The notes beneath the pieces were generated by a model. That model was given only the letters and a program-made list of their open reading frames with translations. It did not search any database and was not told the origin of the DNA. DNA of 64,000 bases from a virus (Duplodnaviria; Caudoviricetes), in the IMG/VR virus record IMGVR_UViG_3300028591_000171, positions 1-64,000 of that record; one strand, written 5' to 3'. Shown here piece after piece: positions 41,801 through 51,600 of this stretch (positions within the stretch are counted from its first letter, which is position 1; every line of letters begins with the position of its first letter). The translations under genes and the position numbers were made by a program.

Positions 41801-44486
41801 TGACGAGGAAGCTCCTGTACATATAGCCAGAAAGTTGCTTGATAAAACCGAGGGTCTTACAAGGGCTCAGAATATTTTGAGGAGCATGTTTGATGAGGCA
41901 TTCGGTGATTTGGCTAAATCAGAGGGACTTGGCGTTATAAATCCCGGTTCTGGACCTGGAACTGGCGAAGGCGCCGGTACTGGCGCGGGAGGAACTGGTG
42001 GTGGAGGAGCTGTCAGCGCGTTTGATCACATAAGTGAGCTTATTGATAATATCAGGGATAAGGATAATGATAACCTTATAAAGTATTCAAACGGAGATTT
42101 CGGTGAGCTCGGTGAGCAATTGTCTGATAACCAGAAAGCCTCTTTGGCGTCTATGGCTATCGCGAAGTTAGCCGCGCTCAAGAAAGCTGATGGTGACATT
42201 AATGACCCGGATGTCGTTGACGACGGCAGGAATGATGATCCTTCGAAGGAGAGCGATTCCAGGAAGATGGCAAGGCGTGAGCGTATAGCTAAGGAGCAGG
42301 CCTCGCTTAATGGCTCGAAGATTCAGGTTTTCGCCCCAGGAACGTCAGACGAGTCTAAGTACGATGTCAAATATGCCGACGAATGGGGATTGAGGCAGGG
42401 GTTGCGGAAGAAATTCCGCGGCAAGACCGAGGGGATGAGCGCCACATTGGCGTGGTATGACAGCCATAAGGTGCAGGATTTCGTGGATTCTGGAGCGTTG
42501 ATGGCTCTTGAGCGTTATCACATGGCTAAAAATAAGTCGCATTTGCCGATATATTTTGTCGCGAACCCTCATTATCTTGCCAATAATCAGGCGAATAACC
42601 CTTTCGTTAGCGAGAATAAAAACCCTGACTCCAAATATGTGAAATATGGGAAAATATCTCCTGAGACTCTCATGGCTGTCGAGATGGATGACGAGAATAT
42701 TGAGGCCATTAAGAGGTATAAGGGTATCGCCTTTGATGATGACTCGCTTATAACGATTGACGGCAAGCGGTATCAGGTTATAGGGGAGGTCTGGAATCCG
42801 ACAAAGGATTATATATCAGGTATTGAGAATGAGAAAGACCGTGACGGATACCAGAGGATGAAAGATTATGTCGGCAAGCTTTGGGAGAACGCTATTTATA
42901 ATAGTGTTTTACCTCAGTATGTGAACGACAAGAATGCTATGGATGAGCGCGGTAGATGGTATGTCGCCAAAGTCCATCCGCAGAAAGGTGACAATAAGGA
43001 GGATTTGGATTATTCTTCAGGCGAGAGGCTTAGCACGACTCTAAGTTATGTCATGTCTGGGAGAAATGAGACCAGGTCAGCCGCGCATCCTGAGTATCAG
43101 AAAGTCGAGTTGAGGAACTCAATGAAAACATATACGGATGTCGGTGGTGAGTATTATTTCTGTATGCCGGTTAAAGGCGCTGAGGGGTTCGTGATTTCTC
43201 CAGGTGCGGAAAGGGACGGGGCGTCTTGGACGTCGGCTATTAACGCTCCTGTCGGCTCATTATGGATGGCTACTCGAACCGCTAATGGGAATTTCTCATG
43301 GACATATATCACAATAGCCAGAACTGGAGAGTATGATTTCGAGGCTAACCGGGATAATTCTTTAATATCTAGGCTTAATGATGATTTAGATAACCTATTC
43401 AGGGAGCGTGTCTACGGAAACGAGACAGAACAAGCAAATGATTTCCAGATCAGATTGCAGGCTTGTCGTGACATCTCTGATATGTTTTATCTCGGGATAG
43501 GAAACAATATCTTGTTCTCATATACAGATACAGGAATAGAGGTGTCTATCGGTGGTAATATATGCGAGAATAAGGAAGAGGCTCTTCAGGCTCTGAAGGA
43601 TGGTAATTTCAGATTCCAGGTATCCAAGGAAGCCGTTGAGACAAGGAATGGCCTTGATGAGTTAATTGGCGCGGGCGTACTAAAATCAGAGATGCGCTCA
43701 TTTATGAGATTCGGCTCCACATTCGGTGTTAATTTCATAGAGGACCAGGATGAGAATGGGAATAAGGTCGCGCCATACGCGAAGACGGGCGATGATTCCA
43801 TTACGTTTACAGCTGGCGCGGATATCGCATCTGGTTATGTGACATCTTCCGGTATAAGCAATGTCCGTATTGGGGAGGCTGGTTATATGCTTGAGAATGG
43901 GAAAGTGTATAGGATGTCCGCAGGAAACAGACGTGGACAGGAAGTCCTAAATAAGATAACAATAGCCGAGGTTAAGGCTTTGGCTGAGGTTATGAGTCCT
44001 GACTTCAAGCGTAGCTCATATAGCGGCAGGACATGGACAATAGACAGGAAGATATCTCATGGCAAGAAAGATATAGAGTATCAGTATACAGAGCTTTACG
44101 AGAATGAGATAGATGGAGAAAGGGTCCATCTTGTCCGAAACGGAAAGAATGGCGCCTTTTTGGTATGTTGGGACGATTCGATGTGGGACTCTCTCGTACA
44201 GTACGCCAAGGAGGTCAGTATAGAGATGGATAAGTTCAGGGAGAACGGTTCCCCGGAAGCCGATGACGTGGATTTGTTGAAGATGTTTGACGAGGACAGG
44301 TCTAACGAAGGTGGGCAGATAGAGAACCCTGATAACACCGGAGGTGAGCAATTGGACGAGAGGGCTAAAAGGTCTAGAGGCAAGAAAGGGCGTGGCTCAA
44401 GATTGTCTGACCCGACTTCAGACACAAGTCAAGAAACGAGCAAGAGTGATCAAGAGGCTTTGGATGAGTTTGACTGCGGATTCTAA
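38871..44486 (+). CDS. Large cargo/ejection protein
   Basis: About 1870 aa; hydrophobic Gly-rich segments (GLVAGLAG, GGIGGALGESRTEA). ATG at 38871 preferred. Confidence 0.65.
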   Translation: MPEMNWRELQALNNSRVENGSDSQYAEMPDWLNGWDSSAPDAYEQYRERFRNNLSGYIDSAAGRRNQISELVNESLYERQPTPDEMLEAGYGQSKHDYEVPFNEWVKNPTDYRANSQSGLAKIMNGFAKMGVYTGTTFLDNTVGLVAGLAGIVDDATNGDNSFTPLTSFVSNEGFAEKMQSVRDWSEEVFPNYRTQKELDEQDQWWKHLNANFWGDTFIKNFGFTIGAGLSGFGFAKGFRALQGKTVNKAYKAAMAAAAGDGEANEVFRRVLQGEAMSNPAGIYKAFDKANRSFHRLQWESQLIGGIGGALGESRTEAINAAREFREDAISRETQRYEKAKDDLAASIANDERYSYYVNNEPFLNGDGIDLYNRELQRLTDEYQQSLGKIDTEATKLANRTFALNMPLLTASNIIMFGRMMSGGFKTQARAKVKMNNSGELYSAVGGKLGGAGKGLINATSEGLEEVSQKIFSEGTKHVASDNMAAFHNRQYDKDAIKESSEWLLDVLENAGSVVNDPKTWEEFTVGFLTGAIGMPARGGWAGGLYGGYKEVMDQHDAGVEAARKLNEKVSNPEFISRWKDVVRHKSLENAKNAALENNDQFTWRTVQDEQLLGDVLAFAKAGRLNDLEAFVDSLGNVTVDDIALNRSAYVDDTNPDFNRMSNEEVHGWLKDRVKDVKKTINQYRKFHDAIDFMSFGTSDEEAINELIYNETQLQNFEDRYNQIVNEVISDIRPRLEDVSRRYNRDGSPTKEASQAKRLLESESDLRRLFGGVVSDTRGDNVTENGEERTPSMIDKARQEMVLNTLDEWGVFADKPETKQKVSDLQKLVRGRQEFYSRLFDPSRRKLFAQKFDEQARTDDDVVTEVTEESRQNNVDNILSSLRKARNIREYVRSLSSIAPNDEQEAEMIDNAIGNDAELEKFNTVINDASEFVKALSDEIVEKIKNNTDVTMSPELDALQDIIDDTPINDMLADMQDDEEAPVHIARKLLDKTEGLTRAQNILRSMFDEAFGDLAKSEGLGVINPGSGPGTGEGAGTGAGGTGGGGAVSAFDHISELIDNIRDKDNDNLIKYSNGDFGELGEQLSDNQKASLASMAIAKLAALKKADGDINDPDVVDDGRNDDPSKESDSRKMARRERIAKEQASLNGSKIQVFAPGTSDESKYDVKYADEWGLRQGLRKKFRGKTEGMSATLAWYDSHKVQDFVDSGALMALERYHMAKNKSHLPIYFVANPHYLANNQANNPFVSENKNPDSKYVKYGKISPETLMAVEMDDENIEAIKRYKGIAFDDDSLITIDGKRYQVIGEVWNPTKDYISGIENEKDRDGYQRMKDYVGKLWENAIYNSVLPQYVNDKNAMDERGRWYVAKVHPQKGDNKEDLDYSSGERLSTTLSYVMSGRNETRSAAHPEYQKVELRNSMKTYTDVGGEYYFCMPVKGAEGFVISPGAERDGASWTSAINAPVGSLWMATRTANGNFSWTYITIARTGEYDFEANRDNSLISRLNDDLDNLFRERVYGNETEQANDFQIRLQACRDISDMFYLGIGNNILFSYTDTGIEVSIGGNICENKEEALQALKDGNFRFQVSKEAVETRNGLDELIGAGVLKSEMRSFMRFGSTFGVNFIEDQDENGNKVAPYAKTGDDSITFTAGADIASGYVTSSGISNVRIGEAGYMLENGKVYRMSAGNRRGQEVLNKITIAEVKALAEVMSPDFKRSSYSGRTWTIDRKISHGKKDIEYQYTELYENEIDGERVHLVRNGKNGAFLVCWDDSMWDSLVQYAKEVSIEMDKFRENGSPEADDVDLLKMFDEDRSNEGGQIENPDNTGGEQLDERAKRSRGKKGRGSRLSDPTSDTSQETSKSDQEALDEFDCGF

Positions 44487-44491
44487 TAACG

Positions 44492-44529
44492 AAGAAACAC
44501 ACCCGTGAAAAGGTGTGTTTCTTTTTTTT
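44492..44529. terminator. Bidirectional intrinsic terminator between convergent genes
   Basis: AAGAAACACACC-cgtgaaaa-GGTGTGTTTCTT plus a T run. Confidence 0.8.
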
Positions 44530-44541
44530 ATTGTTTTTATT

Positions 44542-47500
44542 TTATTTGAAAATATTGAACATGTAGTTGTAGTCTTTCATATCTATGACTTTCTGCACGT
44601 TATATAATGGTGTTATTGTATAAAGCGCTTTCGCTGATTTGGACCAGCCTTTATATCTTCCTGAGTTTATCTCATCCCAATATCCTCCAATATTGAAGAT
44701 CTGTGTGATGCCCTCAAGTGTTTTGACTCCAGCCGCCGGCGACTGTACCAACGTGAACACGTTTTTCACGAATGTCGGAGGCCAAGGTGACAGTGCCCCA
44801 GTCTCGAGGTTGAGCCTTTTTGCTGAATAAGCCAAAAGTCTCCGCGCCCTGTCATCGTCGTCTTTCCAACCTTTTGTCATCGCGCAAATAAGCCACAACA
44901 TACAAAGTGTGCTTATTTGGGTATACGCTATCCTTAAGGCTTTCTTATTCTCTGGAGTTAAATGATTGTTGTTTATCGCCTCTTTGATGCTCATGTTCTT
45001 CATGTCGTGTAACGTCCCCTGGAAGAACTTGAACAGGCTGTAATAAACACCCTCCCTTTGAACCCCCATCACGGCGTCATAGTAGGGTCTTGAGTATAGC
45101 TTATTATACATCCCCCACATCCATTGCCTGAACTGATTGAAAAACTGTAGCAGGACATGTTGGTTTATATTTCCCTTTTCAGCTTCGGAGTATCCGCCAT
45201 GCATGCCGGCGTTAATGTTATTGATATAAATGGCAAGACCTTCAAATAACTTATCCTTGTCCTCTTTCTTTACTATGCCATCCGAGAATCCCCTTCCTAC
45301 CAGAAACGCTTTTTTTGTGTCCAGGAATTGTATATCGTCATCGAGCTCAAGGCGCCACCCGTTTTTATCATGGACTTGCTTTATCACATCATAAAGACTA
45401 ACCTCGCTATTGTCGCTCAGTCGTTTCACTTTCTCGTGTCTCAATACCATCAGCATGCCTGACGTGTGGAGATAATGCTCACCCATACTGTTGAGGAAAA
45501 ACACGTTTCCCCTTCCCATCACTCTTTTCAACGCGCTGGGATTGAAATCCTTTTCTCTCATATCCCTGAAGAAATCCTCGCTCGAGTTGAATTGGTTTAT
45601 AAGCATATACATCTTGTCATGCCTGTTGGCGGAATTGAAATGTCCCATATATTCCGGGAGCAGTTTCCCATACTCCTTTTTAGCCCACGCGTAATCTTTC
45701 ATCCCAAAATATCTTCCTGTTGTGGCTTCCTGGAGTATTTGTGTCTCTCCCTGCGTGATATTGGTTATACCGGACAACACGTTGAATCCGATTCTGGATA
45801 CTGACGTTAACTTTAACAGGACATTCGCTATCGCGTCTCCGCTTACAGCCTTCCCTTTGATTCTGATAGGCAAATCACCAATCCGTTTCTTCGTCTCGTT
45901 AAAGAATTGCCTGTCTATGTATGTGGTTATAGCCTTGGCTGTATTTGTTCCTTCTCCACGTTTTGTCAACTGCCTGTAATATTCCCTGCCAGCCTGGATA
46001 AATGAATCAACAACGGGAATTCCACCATCGGTTTGTCTGACCTCATAGCCTTCATCTGTCGTGTCAGATACATAGTCTTGCATCAAAGACATCGCAGCCG
46101 CCAACTGGTTCATCTCGCCGTAATTGACAGCCATCGCTATATAGTTAAACATGGCATGGGTCCCGTCAGTGCTGAGGTCCTTTTGGTTCTCAAGTTTCTG
46201 TATGAAGTAGACAGGAACTCTTTTGATTTCCCTATTATTGAAATCAAGTGTCGTCTTGCGAGCCCTGTTTCCATAATCCATATTATCAGATGTGATGCTG
46301 TATTGCTTTTTCCAATTGCCCCATATTGTCCTTAACGCGTCTTTCGCTCCGTTATCGAACATTTGCGAGATCTCTTTACGGACCTGTGGAGCATTATACA
46401 ATCCCTGCATCGCAATTGGGAGCAGGCTATCCATCGCGGCTTTCATGCTTATCACGGAATCGTAATAGTTTTTCTGCTCCTGGGACCATCCCGACTGGAA
46501 GCCTCTCACTATATACATATCACTACCATCTTCCGCGTATTTTCTGGGCATCATCTCGGTGCGTCGTATACCGTTGGAGTCCGGCTCGCCAACCTCAATT
46601 TCCTCGGTATGCTCAGCATCCCATTTGTTTATCTGTTTTTGGATCGAGTAGTAATCCAGGTCGTCTCTCTCATCGAGGCTTTTGATAAACTCATTCCTGT
46701 CACGCTCGAATTTGGCGAAATCAACAGGGGCCACATAATATCCCGTAGGTATCCCATTCTCGTCTTTCTGATAGATGAATTCGCTGTCGTGTCCAGCCGC
46801 TCTCAATCTGGCGTCGGCTTCCTGGAGTTTGGCGCATTCGTTATTAATCCTGCTGTTCCGTTTGGCTTGCTGGCTTACGACGATCTTATGGATCACGTTC
46901 AGAAGGGTGTTCCTTGAGTCTCCCGCTGAAAACACGTTAGTGTCCCACCACGACGTGTCACTGCTGGCATATCTGAGAATAGTGTCAACCGATTCGAATT
47001 TAGCCCTGTCAGATGCCTCAAATGTCTCAGGCGCGTTTCCCATGTCGCCGTAATAAAGAGTGATAAGTTGTTTCAGGACGGCATATCTCAGCTGCTTCAT
47101 CTCGCTGTTTAGCAAGTTGAGTTTATCAAGGTATTCCACGGAGAACTCCGCTATTCTCTCGGCGGCTTCCGGATCCATATTAACCTCTCCTTTCTCAACG
47201 TAATCCGGCATTTTTCTCAGCGTTGTAAGATATGAAGAGTATCCGTTGATGACTGTGCTTATACGTCTCACCAACTCAGCCTCTTTACGTATCATATTAA
47301 GGTCAGTCGTGCCGTTATGGACAAACCCGAGCGTCTTGGACTCCCTTGTTATTTGTGCGGCCTCGTTACCGATATACCATAATATCCTGACGCAAGCGTT
47401 ATAATATCTTTGTTTATCAATATCATCACGGATGTTGGCTATTGATTTTCGCAAATCTTTGGTGTCAATGTCAGACTGCGTATTCTGAAGGATATATAGA

Positions 47501-48675
47501 CGTTTTGACAACATAGCCTCACCTTCCTGCGTAATCTGCTCAATCTTCTGGACCTGCTGGTTAAGATCGAATAGGTCCTCGGACTTCTCTATCAGCTCTT
47601 TGTCTATAACAGTGTCGATGTCATCGTTCTCGACCATATCAGCGATTGGTCTTAAGGCATCAGCGGCGTTGAATATCAAATCATCGACCTCATCTGTCGA
47701 GACATTCTTCCTGAATAAGTTTTTGACGTATTCCCACAGGCGCTTCAACCTGGTTATTATATCCTTCCTATCGCTGATGGAGTCTATTGCCGATGTTTGT
47801 TCCGATCCGGTGGAATACATGCCGCTATCCCTTTTTAGCATAGCGGCCAAAGCTTTACCCTCAGCCTCATCCCTCAGTCTCTCAGCCACAGGAGTCTGTC
47901 CTTTTGAGTATCTCCTGTAATAGCTGTCATATTCACTCCCCAGGACATTTCTGACCACATCATCTGTAAACAGGTTATCAAGACGCGTTTTCATCTCGTG
48001 TCCGCGCAATCCGGCTAAAACAAGGTGAGACACCTCCTCCGGTATCGAGTCTAATCCCTGTTCATTATTGGCCACCTTTATGACCGTTTTCAGATTGTCG
48101 ACATTTCGTTCCGCGTTCTTGGGACTGAATACAGCCTCGTATGACGTGTCGTCCATAAAGCTGACGTCAAATCCCATCCTATTGATCAGGTCTATCAATT
48201 TGGTGTTGAGACGCCTTCTTTTCTCATCGCGATCAGCCTCGGCTATATTTGTCGGAGTCTTTTCCTTGCGCTCAATTTTATATCTGCCGTCATTTGTCTC
48301 GGTTGTGATAGCGACTGATTCTTTGGATAATGAGTTATACCTCTCTTCTCTCGACATCGCGTCAGACGCCGAATCAAACACGGCATCTGAGCCATTATCT
48401 GACACTATCCCGGTATCTTTGGCTAATATATCGTCTTGCTTCGCTCTTGTGAGAGTGTCATCAAGTCCGATTATTTCCCTAAGCGCCTCGAATGTAATCT
48501 CACCATTCTCGTCAACGGGCTGGTCTGAGAACTCACTATTAAATAAATCTGTCCTCGTGAATCCCCATAAGCGTTTCGCGGCCTCCCTATCTTTAATGAT
48601 AGAGTTTATATCACGGAAAAGCTGGCTTGGCTTGCCGTTCCTAGCCCTCGGTATATACAGGCATTTGTTACTCAT
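44542..48675 (-). CDS. Large virion-associated protein co-encoded with the virion RNA polymerase
   Basis: 1377 aa, coupled to the upstream giant gene (1 nt gap); helical. Confidence 0.7.
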   Translation of the reverse strand: MSNKCLYIPRARNGKPSQLFRDINSIIKDREAAKRLWGFTRTDLFNSEFSDQPVDENGEITFEALREIIGLDDTLTRAKQDDILAKDTGIVSDNGSDAVFDSASDAMSREERYNSLSKESVAITTETNDGRYKIERKEKTPTNIAEADRDEKRRRLNTKLIDLINRMGFDVSFMDDTSYEAVFSPKNAERNVDNLKTVIKVANNEQGLDSIPEEVSHLVLAGLRGHEMKTRLDNLFTDDVVRNVLGSEYDSYYRRYSKGQTPVAERLRDEAEGKALAAMLKRDSGMYSTGSEQTSAIDSISDRKDIITRLKRLWEYVKNLFRKNVSTDEVDDLIFNAADALRPIADMVENDDIDTVIDKELIEKSEDLFDLNQQVQKIEQITQEGEAMLSKRLYILQNTQSDIDTKDLRKSIANIRDDIDKQRYYNACVRILWYIGNEAAQITRESKTLGFVHNGTTDLNMIRKEAELVRRISTVINGYSSYLTTLRKMPDYVEKGEVNMDPEAAERIAEFSVEYLDKLNLLNSEMKQLRYAVLKQLITLYYGDMGNAPETFEASDRAKFESVDTILRYASSDTSWWDTNVFSAGDSRNTLLNVIHKIVVSQQAKRNSRINNECAKLQEADARLRAAGHDSEFIYQKDENGIPTGYYVAPVDFAKFERDRNEFIKSLDERDDLDYYSIQKQINKWDAEHTEEIEVGEPDSNGIRRTEMMPRKYAEDGSDMYIVRGFQSGWSQEQKNYYDSVISMKAAMDSLLPIAMQGLYNAPQVRKEISQMFDNGAKDALRTIWGNWKKQYSITSDNMDYGNRARKTTLDFNNREIKRVPVYFIQKLENQKDLSTDGTHAMFNYIAMAVNYGEMNQLAAAMSLMQDYVSDTTDEGYEVRQTDGGIPVVDSFIQAGREYYRQLTKRGEGTNTAKAITTYIDRQFFNETKKRIGDLPIRIKGKAVSGDAIANVLLKLTSVSRIGFNVLSGITNITQGETQILQEATTGRYFGMKDYAWAKKEYGKLLPEYMGHFNSANRHDKMYMLINQFNSSEDFFRDMREKDFNPSALKRVMGRGNVFFLNSMGEHYLHTSGMLMVLRHEKVKRLSDNSEVSLYDVIKQVHDKNGWRLELDDDIQFLDTKKAFLVGRGFSDGIVKKEDKDKLFEGLAIYINNINAGMHGGYSEAEKGNINQHVLLQFFNQFRQWMWGMYNKLYSRPYYDAVMGVQREGVYYSLFKFFQGTLHDMKNMSIKEAINNNHLTPENKKALRIAYTQISTLCMLWLICAMTKGWKDDDDRARRLLAYSAKRLNLETGALSPWPPTFVKNVFTLVQSPAAGVKTLEGITQIFNIGGYWDEINSGRYKGWSKSAKALYTITPLYNVQKVIDMKDYNYMFNIFK

Positions 48676-48676
48676 A

Positions 48677-51600
48677 TTAGCAGATATCTAGTTCGTTAAG
48701 AATATTGTCTATGGTATTGATTACAGATTCGGCTGAGTCTGAAGATATTCCTTTCCTGTTCATGAGATCAACCAACGCGTCTGTGGGTCTGTTCGCCAGA
48801 ATCCAGTTGGCGGTTTGTATGATGAGGTTATCCATGGCTGACGCCGGGTTTATGCTGGCCTTTTCATCCGATTCCATCACATCATATATCTCATCATAGA
48901 CATCCTCTTCCATTGAGTCGATCACTTTGTCAGACAATGTGTAGGACCTGTATGATTCCCTGGCTCCAGATAAAGGATACATACGCTCACCGAACAGCTC
49001 GGCTATTTCCTCTTTACTCGCTTCCCCGTGGAGTTTCCTTTTTGCGATTGAAATGATATCTCCGATCCTGACCGGTTGCCAGGCTCTATTCCCGCTTCTC
49101 TCAGCATCCTCAGGATTCTGTCCGCCATCGTCTGGCTCATTTTCGTTTTCTCTTCCATTTGATAAACTATTTATAACATTATAGACATCATAATCACTTA
49201 TATTATCCTTTATGATAAAGTTGGCTGCTACCTTGTCTGACTTTATTAATCCCGCGCCACTCAATTCGCCCATGCTGGACTTAACTGTGTCTATTCCATT
49301 CATCATTGACGCTCTCAACGCTGTCATATCCGAAGGGTTGATATCTACGAAAAACCGCAATTCTTGCCTATTCCCATTGTATTCCCATTCCAGATGTGTT
49401 TTATTAGCGGCTGATATGACGCTTTCTTTATTCTGGGCGTATGCCTTATTATTGAGCTTCACGACAACCTCAACGGCGTTACATTCCTTTATATCTGATG
49501 TGTAAGTCTTTACTACAGGATTAATTGGTTTGTCGCTCAACGCATCCATTATGGCGGCGGTCTTGATAGCCTCACGATGCTGATCCATGGCGGAACCGTT
49601 TGGCTTGAGGTTTATGGAATACGTCGGTTTCCCGTCCTTAACCATTCTCTCAACCTGCCCATCTGACATTCCGAACAGGCTGGCTATCTTACTAATCCTC
49701 TTAAGGTGTCTTCTGCTCTCCAGGAATGCCGGCTCTCTATATGCCAACGGATCACTGGCTAATGCGTTCGGTATAGGGACCTCGACGTTATCGTCACCAT
49801 AAGGGTTGGTTGATATGAATGTCCCGGAATATGTGTCGTCGTTGACGTTGGAATTTAGATACGCGGCGAATCCGCTTTCTTCAGCGTCATCTTGCATAGG
49901 CTCTATCGCGCTTGTCTCGTCTGATGACAGATTAGGGTCTGGGGCTTGTTCGCCCGTGTTGGCGAAAAGGCTCTCTCCATTATATACATCACCGAGTTTC
50001 ACATATTCCAACATCTGGTTTGGTATACCCATTGGATCAACCATATCGACGCTTACAAGCAATTTATAATCATCGCCTTTCTTCACCCTTTCAACAGAGG
50101 TGTTGTTCACGAGGAAGAAATTACCGTCAACGTTTATCACCGGCATCGTTATGGTCAACTCGTTTTCACGTCCAGATATCCAGTTCTTTATCTTACCACC
50201 GAGTTTCTCATCTATCTCAAGGACAATTGTCTGACCACCCTCAACCTCAGCCTGTGAGAATGTGACGACCTGTCTCTTCGGCTTGTTCTCGAAATACGGG
50301 ACTATGCCTTTATCCCTTTGTGAGTTATTAAGGCACACTAAAGCCGTCAACTCGAACATGTCTTTTTCAGACATGGATGTCTTGTCGGCGTCAAAGAACG
50401 CTCTTGTGTAATTCGGTATCGCCTCCTTTATCGCCAACGGCATAACGGATATAGGTGTTGTGTTACTGAATGACGTCGACCTTGCCAAGAAATGTTTAGT
50501 TATATTTATGACAAAATCGTGTGTCTGAGGATACCTCAAAAGGTCAGCCCAGTCTTTTTGGAACATCTCAAGCTCAGGTCCCCTCAGGTAATTGATATCT
50601 GTTTTCAACATACCGAATTGTCTGTAACCATCTTTCGAATCGAGATGACCTATACCCTGTATGAACGAGTTATTCTTTATGACGGTATTATAGAACGTCT
50701 CATCACTCTTTTTAATATCATCAAGGGTGTTTGTGTAGTATTCCTCGAAATCGGTTGTATAGAATTTCACTGTTTCCGGATTAGTGAAATCCTCTATCCT
50801 GTTTTCGCCAAGGAACAGCAAATAACTCTTATACCCTTCGTATAATGTATTTAACTTGTCAACATTGTCTCCGGTCGTATCGCTGTCAAGAATACCGAGT
50901 TTCCTTGCCGCCTCAAAGAACGTCTCATTATACGTGTGCATATTCTCGAGGATGATCTGGTCCGTCATTTCCTGTTCACCGAGGATAACCCTTCCCACAT
51001 GAGGGAACATCGTGCAAAGCTTTCCGAACTCATCCTGTGTGAATTCATCAGATATTGAGATGTTATCAGGTAGCTTTATTGTACTATTCTCGCTGTTAAG
51101 GTTATTGACGAGGCGTTCAATTTTCTTGCGGGCTACAAGCCTGTCGAAAAATGACGAGCCTTTCATCGCGGTCATTGAGTTGTATCTTGCGAATGAGTCC
51201 AGATTCCTCACTTTCGCCTCTTTACCTCTGAGCGTATCAAGGACTTGAAGTATTTTAAGCTTGTCGTATAATGTCTGGCTTTCAGGATCACTAATGTTTC
51301 TGACGAGATCGGAATAACGTAACGTGATATTCTGATCATGTTTAACGTCATTGATTTTAGCTACAAAATCCGTTTGCCAATTTTCCCATGACATGTTATC
51401 AGGTTTCTCTGTCTCGGCAAGCTCACTCAACACATCATCAATGGCGCTATCCATGCCGCCATGTCCGAACGCTGAGCTGATATTTATCTTATCCATAACT
51501 CGCCTTACGACAGGCTGAGCTATAAACATCCTCGCGACATCGCTTGATATACCAAGCCTATGCATGAGTATCAGGATAGGCATTGACTGTTGCGTTATGT